A DNA stretch of 64,000 nt. Origin: Thiotrichaceae bacterium. GTDB taxonomy: Bacteria; Pseudomonadota; Gammaproteobacteria; UBA5859. Each line of letters begins with the position of its first letter. Position 1 is the stretch's first letter. The stretch is taken from contig JBGTSY010000009.1 of assembly GCA_041940025.1 (NCBI GenBank), forward strand, positions 9,110 to 73,109. The letters are read 5' to 3'. The notes under the pieces are model-generated. The model was not told the origin of the DNA and searched no databases. It worked only from the letters and a program-made list of their open reading frames with translations. This document shows positions 1 to 8,559 of this stretch, one piece after another. The position numbers were made by a program, and so were the translations under genes.

Positions 1-119
1 CACTCACGCCAAGAGACACCGCTAGACTTGAGCGGCTCTGTTGTTGTGAACACATTGGTGACAACCGTCACTAAGCAAAGGTTATCTTGTTAGATTAAAA
101 ATGGTATAACTTTTCTAAT

Positions 120-180
120 TCACAAAAGACGAGAGCACGGCCTAGCTACGCGTTGGCAGGGCAGCGCCCCTTTTGTTATC
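120..180. repeat. Degenerate attC-like intergenic element, related to 1870-1930
   Basis: ACAAAAG...CTTTTGT inverted ends. Shares CACAAA...TAGCT-CGC...GC(A/T)GCGCCCCT...TTATC with the element at 1870-1930. Confidence 0.35.
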
Positions 181-247
181 CCATCCAAGCTTCGTTTGCT
201 CTCATTAACACCAGAGTCCCTTTGCGATATAAAGGAGGTATCAAAAA

Positions 248-664
248 ATGATAGAACCAAAAAGCTCTTTTCCGGTGTTTATCGTTAAGGATCTTGATGC
301 AGCAAGATCCTTTTACACAGAACACATCGGATTTGAACTCGTCTTTTCAGGTGATTGGTATGTGCACCTAGTTTCGAGTGCGGGTGTTCAGGTTGGATTT
401 ATGCTGCCAAATCAACCCACACAACCACCCATATTTCAAAAACCACACGCAAGCGAAGGTGTTATTTTCAGTCTGGAAGTGGAAGACGCTGATACCGCAT
501 TTACAGTCGCTAAAGCAAAATCGCTCAATATCGTGCTTAATTTGAGATCGGAAGATTGGGGGCAACGTCACTTCTGTATCCAAGATCCGAACGGGATTTA
601 TTTGGACATTGTTCAGTCTTCTGAAGCGACCGAAGAATATCAGAGTGATTATGTCTCAACATAG
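248..664 (+). CDS. VOC/glyoxalase (bleomycin resistance) family protein
   Basis: 138-aa ORF with RBS (aggagg). VOC motifs 'DLDAARSFYTEHIGF' and 'EDWGQRHFCIQDPNG'. Confidence 0.9.
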   Translation: MIEPKSSFPVFIVKDLDAARSFYTEHIGFELVFSGDWYVHLVSSAGVQVGFMLPNQPTQPPIFQKPHASEGVIFSLEVEDADTAFTVAKAKSLNIVLNLRSEDWGQRHFCIQDPNGIYLDIVQSSEATEEYQSDYVST

Positions 665-914
665 GAGCCTTACCGATCTCAAGAACATTGGAAAGAAAAT
701 TGCCGGTCGACTGAACGCTGTAGCTATCTTTTGCGAAGACGATTTGACACGAGTCGGTCCCGTTGGCGCACATCGCATGATTCAGGACAGGTATCCAGAC
801 GAGACACTGTCGGTTTGCTACTATCTGTATTCATTCGAAGGGGCGTTGACTGATAAGCATTGGCAGGATGTCGACGAGAACAGAAAACAGCAGCTCCAAG
901 CGCTGCTCGACTAA
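651..914 (+). CDS. TfoX/Sxy C-terminal domain protein
   Basis: 'LTDLKNIGKKIAGRLNAVAI...LYSFEGAL...WQDVDENRKQQL' is a typical TfoX_C pattern. ATG at 651 preferred over the ORF-track start at 609. Confidence 0.8.
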   Translation: MSQHRSLTDLKNIGKKIAGRLNAVAIFCEDDLTRVGPVGAHRMIQDRYPDETLSVCYYLYSFEGALTDKHWQDVDENRKQQLQALLD

Positions 915-1029
915 CATTCACTGCATGGCTGACTGGATAAAGCTGTTCTCTTTTGTGTTTGCAGACAATATCTGCCCACTTCACCAAGCTTGTAAATATG
1001 GCACTGGGCTGCAATAAAGGAGAAATACG

Positions 1030-1833
1030 ATGAACGAACCCACTCTACAGGTGCTTGAAGAAGTAGCTGACGCTTATGAAAAACGCCTTGTTCCAGCACT
1101 GTTTGCGACATGGGCATATCGGTTAGCCGATGCTGCTGAGATTCAGCAGGGGCAGCACCTCCTGGATGTTGCTTGTGGTACCGGCATACTCACGCGAGTC
1201 ATCGCTGAGCGGGTTGGCGCAGAGGGATCGGTGTCGGGGGTAGATATCAATCCTGGTATGATAGCTGTTGCGAATCGCATTGCTCCTGAGATTGAATGGC
1301 GTGAAGGAGATGTTGAGGCATTGCCCTATGAAGATGATAGCTTTGATGTGGTTTTCTGCCAATTTGGCTTGATGCTCTTTTCTTCTCCAAAGAACGCGCT
1401 ACAAGAAATGCAACGCGTCTTAAAACCCGGCGGTCGTTTGCTGGTATCGGTGTTTGGCGCTCTGGAGGATTTGCCTGCCTATGCAGCCATTGCAGACGTA
1501 TACGAGCAGGTAGTAAATCAGTCAGTTGCGGATGCGCTTCGCATGCCTTTTTCGATGGGTGACACCGATGCGCTTACATCGGTGTTCACCAGTGCAGGTA
1601 TTCACTCTGCAGAAATGAATCTGGAAGAAAGAATGGCCTGCTTTGCAAGTGTGAAGGATATGGTTCTGTCGGATGCGAAGGGATGGTTCCCGTTTGCCGG
1701 AATCCACCTGGACGAGGACACAATCGAACTCGTCACTAAAAATGCTGAAACAGCTTTAAAAGCATTTCACACCTCCGGCGGTGCAGTGGAGTTTCCAGTG
1801 CGGGTACAGATCGTGACCGCAACCAAATCATGA
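1030..1833 (+). CDS. Class I SAM-dependent methyltransferase (UbiE-like)
   Basis: Motif I 'LLDVACGTG', 'GDVEALPYEDDSFDVV', 'RVLKPGGRL'. RBS aaggag upstream. Confidence 0.9.
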   Translation: MNEPTLQVLEEVADAYEKRLVPALFATWAYRLADAAEIQQGQHLLDVACGTGILTRVIAERVGAEGSVSGVDINPGMIAVANRIAPEIEWREGDVEALPYEDDSFDVVFCQFGLMLFSSPKNALQEMQRVLKPGGRLLVSVFGALEDLPAYAAIADVYEQVVNQSVADALRMPFSMGDTDALTSVFTSAGIHSAEMNLEERMACFASVKDMVLSDAKGWFPFAGIHLDEDTIELVTKNAETALKAFHTSGGAVEFPVRVQIVTATKS

Positions 1834-1869
1834 TATCTTCGGCAAGTAGGCGTATAGAGCAGATGGCCG

Positions 1870-1930
1870 ACCCACAAAGCCATGCAACCGACGCACGTAG
1901 CTCGCACGGCTGCGCCCCTCTCATTATCTT
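1870..1930. repeat. Degenerate attC-like element
   Basis: CCCACAAAGCCATGCAACCGACGCACGTAGCTCGCACGGCTG resembles the left arm and hairpin of integron attC sites. No intact GTTRRRY core found. Confidence 0.35.
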
Positions 1931-2031
1931 GTACAAATTTCGTTTGCTTTCGACAACTCAGTAGAAATCAACGATCACATACTAAAGACCCTTCATCTTA
2001 GCCCTGCTTGCGACATATCTAAATGGTGAGG

Positions 2032-3501
2032 TTACCCGTTGGGTTTAGATAATCCTTGCAATGGCCGATCTGCCAAGATTAACGCCATAGCTAAAAGCAA
2101 TAGTGCACCGTTTATAGATAGCAGGTGTGACTGGTTTACCATTTTCGGATGGATAAACCCGTAGCCGATTACCAGTAAAATAATTAATGCAGTAGTCAGA
2201 AGCCGAAGCAGACGATTAGATTGATGTTGCTGGGAATTTTTTAAACTAAATAATAACGCAACACTTAAACTCACACTGAAAACAATTGTGGGTTCTAAAT
2301 CTGCGATTAAATTTGCTATTGCAGCCATACTCAGTGCTGGCGGCGTTCCCCACACAATGCCGTTCCAGATGCGAATGGTGCCAGTGGGGCAGGCGGATTT
2401 AGCTAACCATATATTGATCCCGCTGACGCACACAGCCGTTAGCGCGAGGCCGAGGAAGAAATATAAAAACTTCACTTCGAGGCCGCCAAATTGACCGAAA
2501 TGAAGACGATAAACTGAATAAGCGATTTGCCTGCCGATAGGCCCATCGGAAAGCTGTTGATGACCAAGAAAATTACCCTCGGCGCTATAGCGATACATTT
2601 CTGAGTAAATTAAACGACCGGGTAGGGTCGCGGCGATTTCCATATACTGCTGCTCGGTACCGAGCTTATGGACAACAAAATAGATGGGCGTCGCCTCGGA
2701 CTGATGTTGGGCTAGGTGCTGAAACGCAGTCTCGATATCGAGATGTGTTGAAGCGTTTTCAATCAGGGGATCACCGCCATAAACCTCTTCCCAAACGGCT
2801 TGTGGTTTCCCATCGTAGTTAAAATGGGCAATAGTCATGGCTAATGGCCCAACTAAGCCGAAAAATGCGCCAGTTAGGGCGATCATCAGATGAAAGGGTA
2901 ATCCCCACACCGATAGTCGATTATGGATGTCGGTTTGCTCCAAACGTCGACTACCGCCTAGACGAAGTTGAAAGGCATCTTTAAATATACTGGGGTGGGA
3001 CACGATTCCCGATAGGATTAAACTGATCAACATCACGCCCAAAATGCTGACCAAAACCATTCCCACATCATGGGGCAGATGCAAATAGTAATGGAATTCC
3101 CGTAAAAAATGCGCCCAGCCTTCATTGACCTGCTGGGCAAAACTACCATCTTGGTTGAGCCACCATTCCTGTTCGTCCGCAGAAATATGACTGCGGGGCA
3201 ACTCTCTGCTGGGCAGCACAATATAGACTTGCTCGGCGGGTTTTGTTACCCCTTGCTGGTATTGATGCAGTGCTTGCGCCATGGCAGCGGTAGTGAACTG
3301 TTTGTACTCTTGCACCTCGGGCTGTTGCCAACGCTCAAACTCAGTGGCGAAAACCACCAATGTGCCCGTCAAACAAATAAAGTACAAAAAAACCCCGGCA
3401 CTCAACCCCACCGCAGAGTGGGAGGCCAATGCGCGTTTAACTAGGTTTGGGGAATATTTAATCATGAACTTATCCTTGAAGGATGAAAGCGGAGAGTCCA
3501 A
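2032..3501 (-). CDS. PepSY-associated TM helix domain protein (iron-regulated membrane protein)
   Basis: 'HSAVGLSAGVFLYFICLTGTL', 'LHYYLH', 'HNRLSVWGLPFHLMIALTG' and 'LHFG' His motifs. Divergent from a TBDR. The true start may be slightly downstream of the ORF-track start. Confidence 0.88.
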   Translation of the reverse strand: MDSPLSSFKDKFMIKYSPNLVKRALASHSAVGLSAGVFLYFICLTGTLVVFATEFERWQQPEVQEYKQFTTAAMAQALHQYQQGVTKPAEQVYIVLPSRELPRSHISADEQEWWLNQDGSFAQQVNEGWAHFLREFHYYLHLPHDVGMVLVSILGVMLISLILSGIVSHPSIFKDAFQLRLGGSRRLEQTDIHNRLSVWGLPFHLMIALTGAFFGLVGPLAMTIAHFNYDGKPQAVWEEVYGGDPLIENASTHLDIETAFQHLAQHQSEATPIYFVVHKLGTEQQYMEIAATLPGRLIYSEMYRYSAEGNFLGHQQLSDGPIGRQIAYSVYRLHFGQFGGLEVKFLYFFLGLALTAVCVSGINIWLAKSACPTGTIRIWNGIVWGTPPALSMAAIANLIADLEPTIVFSVSLSVALLFSLKNSQQHQSNRLLRLLTTALIILLVIGYGFIHPKMVNQSHLLSINGALLLLAMALILADRPLQGLSKPNG

Positions 3502-4030
3502 TGGTTGCTAGTAAAAAACTGATTTTTCGCACTAGTGATCCACCACTACATAACCAGGTGGTGAGGATGGCCCAGAACAGAAGCAACATAAATGCAGCGC
3601 TTACCCATTGGTTGGCCGCTGAAAACGGAAGCAATTGTGCGCTGACAATGGCCAGTCCTAAGGCCGATATTCCGGCAATTGGTCCAGAGGCCAAAAACAG
3701 GATGAATTGATAAGTCTTGGGTTGGGTTGCCGAAGCCGCCTTTGTCCGGGGGGAGGCATTAGTTTGGTTTGTACGCCATTGTAAATTGGAAGCCACCATT
3801 ACCCACGCACACAGGCTGGTGCTCAGCGCGCAGTAAACCACCGCGTATTCATAGCCTAGATGTTGCGACCAGAGCGGAATTGCGCTGAGCACTAATATCC
3901 AACTCAATAGCAAAATGTAGGGTTTTTTTGTAGTTGTTTTGCGCCAACTCCACCGTAGCAGTAGCGCTCCTGCCATCGAGCAAGCAACCGCGATTGCATT
4001 CCAACCATAGAGCACACTCATACACACCAA
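3470..4030 (-). CDS. Membrane protein upstream of the PepSY gene
   Basis: 186-aa ORF with multiple hydrophobic segments, overlapping the start of the PepSY gene in operon fashion. Confidence 0.7.
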   Translation of the reverse strand: MVCMSVLYGWNAIAVACSMAGALLLRWSWRKTTTKKPYILLLSWILVLSAIPLWSQHLGYEYAVVYCALSTSLCAWVMVASNLQWRTNQTNASPRTKAASATQPKTYQFILFLASGPIAGISALGLAIVSAQLLPFSAANQWVSAAFMLLLFWAILTTWLCSGGSLVRKISFLLATIGLSAFILQG

Positions 4031-4080
4031 ATCTATGCCAGTTAAATTTGAGTGCCATTATAATCATTTATCTTGTAAAT

Positions 4081-4099
4081 AGGAATCATAATCATTATC
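4081..4099. promoter_or_regulatory. Fur box
   Basis: AGGAATCATAATCATTATC matches 15/19 of GATAATGATAATCATTATC. It lies in the divergent promoter between the iron-uptake genes. Confidence 0.8.
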
Positions 4100-4136
4100 A
4101 TTCGTGTTTGTGGCTTAAATCCGGAGTGAAGTTGGA

Positions 4137-6242
4137 ATGTGGAATGGCAAACAAATAATGCTATTGGTTGGACTGGGACTTGTGGGCAATACTCTCGCCG
4201 CCGAGGAGAGTAGTCCCATTGACAATTCGCAAGCGGAAAATCCACCGGGCCTGTCCCCGATCTATGTCAGTGGTGAACAAGAGCCTCAGCAAGATCTGAT
4301 TAATCAAGATCAAAAAGCCAGCACGGGTAAAACTTCCGTGTCTATCCAGGATACCCCAGCCTCCATCGCTGTGGTGGAGCAGCAATTTATTCAACAAACC
4401 GGCGCTAAGAATGTGGAGGATGCGCTACATTATTCTTCCGGCGTGTATGCCGGAAATTTTGGTTTTGATACCCGCGGTGATTGGTCTTATGTGCGAGGTT
4501 TGGACGTGTCCAAATACCTCGATGGTCTGCGTTCTAGTTATGGTTTTTACAATAACACTCGACCCAATGTGTATGCATTGGAAACAGTGGAAGTCTTGAA
4601 AGGACCCGCTTCGGTTTTATACGGTCAGGCGGAGTTAGGGGGCATTGTAAACGCGGTGTCTAAATTACCCGAAGCCAATTCGCGGGGAGAAATCTGGGCT
4701 CAAGTGGGTTCTTATCAGCGCAAACAATTGGCCACGGATCTCACCGGCCCACTGACCGACGATGGTAAGTGGCTATACCGTTTGGTGGCGCTCAAGCGCG
4801 ATAGTGACACCCAAGTTGATTATGTTGCCGACAATGGCTATGTGATTGCCCCGTCTCTTACCTGGCAGCCTACGGATCAAACTTCCTTAACGCTATTGCT
4901 GAATATGCAGGAAAACAACGGCGGGATTTCTGCGCAATTTTTACCCTCCAAGGGCACCATAGATGCGGCGCCTCTAGGTAAAATTTCCACTGATCGTTTT
5001 GTCGGCGAGCCTGATTGGGATCGTTACGATCGCGAGAGAAATGAATTAACCGCCTTCTTCCAGCACCAGATTAATGAGCAGTGGAAATTAGACGCCACCA
5101 TGCGCACAAGTCACTCTAACACACAGACTCGAGAGCATTGGGTTGACGTCGGCGCTCCAGTAGACGATCTAGGAAATACCACGCGTACCCTCTATATGGT
5201 GGATAGAGAGACGCAAATATTGAATATGGATATACGTACCGAAGGCAAGTTTAGCACTGGATTTGCAGCCCATACGTTGGTGTTGGGTATTGATACTCAA
5301 GACGCCGAATGGAAAGAGGGCAACTATTTCTACGGATACGGAGCAGGAGGCCCGATCAATTTATACAATCCACAGTATGGCTTTGTTAATTACGCGGCAA
5401 TCAGCCCCAGTGATAGAGCTGACAATGAAATACAGCAAATGGGTCTGTATCTAATGGATCATATTGAAGTTGGAAACGCTATCTTGTCGGCTGCATTACG
5501 TCGTGACGATTCCAGCAATACCCTCTTTAACACTGATGGCAGTAAAACAAAAAGCGAAGATAAAGTGACTTCTGGGCGCCTGGGTTTAATGTATCGTTTA
5601 CCGTCGGGTGTCTCTCCCTATGTGAGTTATGCCGAGGCGTTTATACCTAATTTGGGCAGTGATGGCACGCCAGGGGGGACACTGGATCCCACCACCGGCG
5701 AACAAAAGGAAATAGGCGCGAAATATTTATCAGCGGACAAAAATCTTTCGCTTGCCTTTGCCTGGTTTGAAATCGAAGAAGAAAAGCGTATCACCCGAGG
5801 TAGCGTCCCAGGTAGCGTGAAACAACTCGGAGCGATCGTGGATGGCTGGGAGTTAGAGCTGAAAAAAAATTGGCAGGACTTACAAGTATTATTCAACTAT
5901 ACCGACTTAGATGCAGTGGATGATGCCAGTGAAATACGCCTCCCTTACGTGGCGGAAAAACTAGCCTCGCTGTGGGCTAAATACGAATCGGCCAGCGGCT
6001 ATCGCGTGGGGCTCGGGGCGCGTTATACGGGTGATTCTGTGGGATCCGGTGGGGAGCCGGAGGTTTCGGGACAGACCTTGTACGATCTCATGTTGGGTTA
6101 TGTTATCGATCAGTGGGAATTTAGTTTGAATGGGAAAAATATTACAGACAAAGAATACATCTCTTGGTGTCGTGGTGTGGACTTAGACTGTGGTTACGGC
6201 GAGCGCCAAAATTATAGTCTAAATGTATGGTATCGATTTTAG
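4137..6242 (+). CDS. TonB-dependent siderophore receptor
   Basis: Signal peptide. Plug motifs 'DTPASIAVV', 'YLDGLR', 'LETVEVLKGPASVLYGQ'. C-terminal aromatic residue (YRF). Confidence 0.95.
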   Translation: MWNGKQIMLLVGLGLVGNTLAAEESSPIDNSQAENPPGLSPIYVSGEQEPQQDLINQDQKASTGKTSVSIQDTPASIAVVEQQFIQQTGAKNVEDALHYSSGVYAGNFGFDTRGDWSYVRGLDVSKYLDGLRSSYGFYNNTRPNVYALETVEVLKGPASVLYGQAELGGIVNAVSKLPEANSRGEIWAQVGSYQRKQLATDLTGPLTDDGKWLYRLVALKRDSDTQVDYVADNGYVIAPSLTWQPTDQTSLTLLLNMQENNGGISAQFLPSKGTIDAAPLGKISTDRFVGEPDWDRYDRERNELTAFFQHQINEQWKLDATMRTSHSNTQTREHWVDVGAPVDDLGNTTRTLYMVDRETQILNMDIRTEGKFSTGFAAHTLVLGIDTQDAEWKEGNYFYGYGAGGPINLYNPQYGFVNYAAISPSDRADNEIQQMGLYLMDHIEVGNAILSAALRRDDSSNTLFNTDGSKTKSEDKVTSGRLGLMYRLPSGVSPYVSYAEAFIPNLGSDGTPGGTLDPTTGEQKEIGAKYLSADKNLSLAFAWFEIEEEKRITRGSVPGSVKQLGAIVDGWELELKKNWQDLQVLFNYTDLDAVDDASEIRLPYVAEKLASLWAKYESASGYRVGLGARYTGDSVGSGGEPEVSGQTLYDLMLGYVIDQWEFSLNGKNITDKEYISWCRGVDLDCGYGERQNYSLNVWYRF

Positions 6243-6254
6243 TGTGGCGATCTC

Positions 6255-6941
6255 GTGCAGTTAAATGTTCGGGTTTATATCGCTTTTTTTGGCGTGTTGG
6301 CAGTGCATGGTTTCGCATTGTATCTCACTCAGTGGATGACAGTGGAGCCGCCTAACGTATTTACGCCACCTGTTATTCGTGGGCAGCTAATTGCCCAACA
6401 GCCTGCTGACGTCGTGCAAATACCTCGGCCGAGTCAGCCGAAACCGGTGACACAGCCAAAACAAATCAAACCGCAACCCAAACCAAAGCCAAAACCATTA
6501 ACAAAACCGAAAGCAGTATCTCAACGGACAAAAACGCTGCCTGAGCCTGCTGCTACGCCGGCATTACAACCCACGCAACAAGAAACGGTGGAGGAGACGG
6601 CGGAGCCAGTGGAAGCAGAAACGCCGCAAGAATATGTTCCCCGCGCCGCGCCAGTGACGCCTCCCAGAACTGATGCGCGGCAGCAAAATAATCCAGCGCC
6701 GGCTTATCCGCGAGTTTCCAGACGCCGCGGCGAGCAAGGCACGGTTATCTTGGCGATCCTCATTCTTGCTGACGGTTCAGTGGATGAGGTGCGGGTTAAA
6801 TCGTCCAGTGGTTACTCACGGCTGGATCAAAGCGCGATACAAGCGGTAAAACAATGGCGATATGAACCCGCCAGGAGAGGGGATCAGCCGATTGATTTTT
6901 GGTATGAGCAACCGATTGTTTTTTCATTGCGGCGAAAGTGA
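6255..6941 (+). CDS. tonB: Energy transducer TonB
   Basis: N-terminal TM with His, Pro/Lys-rich linker (KPQPKPKPKP), C-terminal 'YPRVSRRRGEQGTV...SSGYSRLDQSA'. Confidence 0.92.
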   Translation: MQLNVRVYIAFFGVLAVHGFALYLTQWMTVEPPNVFTPPVIRGQLIAQQPADVVQIPRPSQPKPVTQPKQIKPQPKPKPKPLTKPKAVSQRTKTLPEPAATPALQPTQQETVEETAEPVEAETPQEYVPRAAPVTPPRTDARQQNNPAPAYPRVSRRRGEQGTVILAILILADGSVDEVRVKSSSGYSRLDQSAIQAVKQWRYEPARRGDQPIDFWYEQPIVFSLRRK

Positions 6942-6951
6942 TTGACAGATA

Positions 6952-7731
6952 TTGAGGATAAATATGCAAAGTAATCCCTATGGCATAGACACCTTGTGGC
7001 AACAGGGCGATCTAATAATAAAGAGTGTAGCAGTGATGCTGTTGTTAATGTCCATTGCATCCTGGACGGTAATTGTCATTCGAGCGTTCGGACTGTGGCA
7101 GCGTCGGCGTGAGTTGAGAAAAATAGCCGCATTTTGGCATGCGCAAAATTTCAATCAAGGTTTGGAGTGTTTAGGCAGCGATACCGGCAACAATCCATTT
7201 CGCAATTTAGCACAAGAAGGCCACACCGCGTTTGAGCATCATCAAAGCCATCAACAGGATTTACACGGTTTGCTGCCAATCGCCGATTGGCTCACCGAGA
7301 GTCTGCGAGCGACCATTGATCAGAGCACTGAAAGATTGCAACGGGGACTGTCGATACTGGCTTCGGTGGGCTCCACCTCACCGTTCATTGGCTTGTTTGG
7401 TACGGTGTGGGGTATTTATCACGCACTGATTGGTATCGGCGTTTCCGGACAAGCCAGTATCGATAAGGTGGCAGGTCCGGTGGGAGAAGCATTGATTATG
7501 ACCGCCTTTGGTTTGGCGGTGGCGATTCCTGCTGTCTTGGCTTACAACGCCATTAGTCGTGCGAATCGCTTAATCGTGGCTAGGTTAAATCGATTTGCTT
7601 TACAGCTCCATGCCTACCTGTTAACCGGAGTGACCCCTGCGCCAGCGCAAAAAAAAGTATCGGCCAACAATCGCCCAACTAACATAAGCGTCAACAAAAA
7701 CAGTGCCATGACTGAACGGGAGGCAGGCTGA
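6952..7731 (+). CDS. exbB: MotA/TolQ/ExbB proton channel
   Basis: 'LASVGSTSPFIGLFGTVWGI' and 'VGEALIMTAFGLAVAIPAV'. Confidence 0.93.
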   Translation: MRINMQSNPYGIDTLWQQGDLIIKSVAVMLLLMSIASWTVIVIRAFGLWQRRRELRKIAAFWHAQNFNQGLECLGSDTGNNPFRNLAQEGHTAFEHHQSHQQDLHGLLPIADWLTESLRATIDQSTERLQRGLSILASVGSTSPFIGLFGTVWGIYHALIGIGVSGQASIDKVAGPVGEALIMTAFGLAVAIPAVLAYNAISRANRLIVARLNRFALQLHAYLLTGVTPAPAQKKVSANNRPTNISVNKNSAMTEREAG

Positions 7732-8144
7732 TGGCTTTTGGTGCAGGATTAGAACAAGAGGATGAAGCGATTAGCGAAATTAATATGACGCCACTGGTGG
7801 ATGTTATGTTGGTGTTGTTAATCGTGTTTATGATTACCATCCCCGTATTGACCCATAGTGTCGCTGTGGATTTACCGACGGCAGACAATAAGCCTAATCA
7901 ACTTGAGCCTGAAACCATAGCGCTGTCGATCACAGAGCACGGCGAAATATTCTGGCATGAGCAAAAACTGACGTTAGGGCAATTACAAATGCGATTGGAG
8001 CAGGTGGCGTTAGATGATCCTCAGCCAGAAGTGCAAATCCGCGGCGATCAAAATGTGCGCTACGGCAATGTGGTAGAAGTGATGGCAGCGGTGCAGCGCG
8101 CGGGTATGACGCATTTAGGTTTTGTTACCCAACCGAACCAGTAG
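7731..8144 (+). CDS. exbD: Biopolymer transport protein ExbD
   Basis: 'EINMTPLVDVMLVLLIVFMIT' and 'IRGDQNVRYGNVVEVM'. Confidence 0.95.
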   Translation: MAFGAGLEQEDEAISEINMTPLVDVMLVLLIVFMITIPVLTHSVAVDLPTADNKPNQLEPETIALSITEHGEIFWHEQKLTLGQLQMRLEQVALDDPQPEVQIRGDQNVRYGNVVEVMAAVQRAGMTHLGFVTQPNQ

Positions 8145-8559
8145 GCCACTTGATTTTATAAATAAATGCGCAGCAAGGGATCGAGAGCATGCCCGGGAAT
8201 AGTTCACCAATATGCCACGGAGGAATACACAACGCGCGGACCGTCTCGATTCTGTATGACGAGCAAAGTATTAGCAGTTTCAACCATAAAATTATAAGAG
8301 CGTAAAGAGGAGTCAAGGATGCGTATTTATACCTCCAGTCTACTCACATTAGCGCACAGAAAACTACAGCATTGTTAGATCAGGCTCTAACCCTGTGATA
8401 CCAATTTCGTGTAATAAAAAATATCGCATGGCTATAACTGTGCATTAAACAGCTATCGCCAGCAGTAAAACCAGAGGCGAAAGCCCATCAGGGCATAGGA
8501 GATCTGAGAATGAATATCGATTTTCAAAAGGTTCAGGCATCGAGTTTAGTGCTAATAAT

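Noticed and set aside
8465-8505. GGCGAAAGCCC segment as a c-di-GMP or cobalamin riboswitch
   Set aside because: The paired elements and conserved motifs required could not be assembled by eye. An Rfam scan would be needed.
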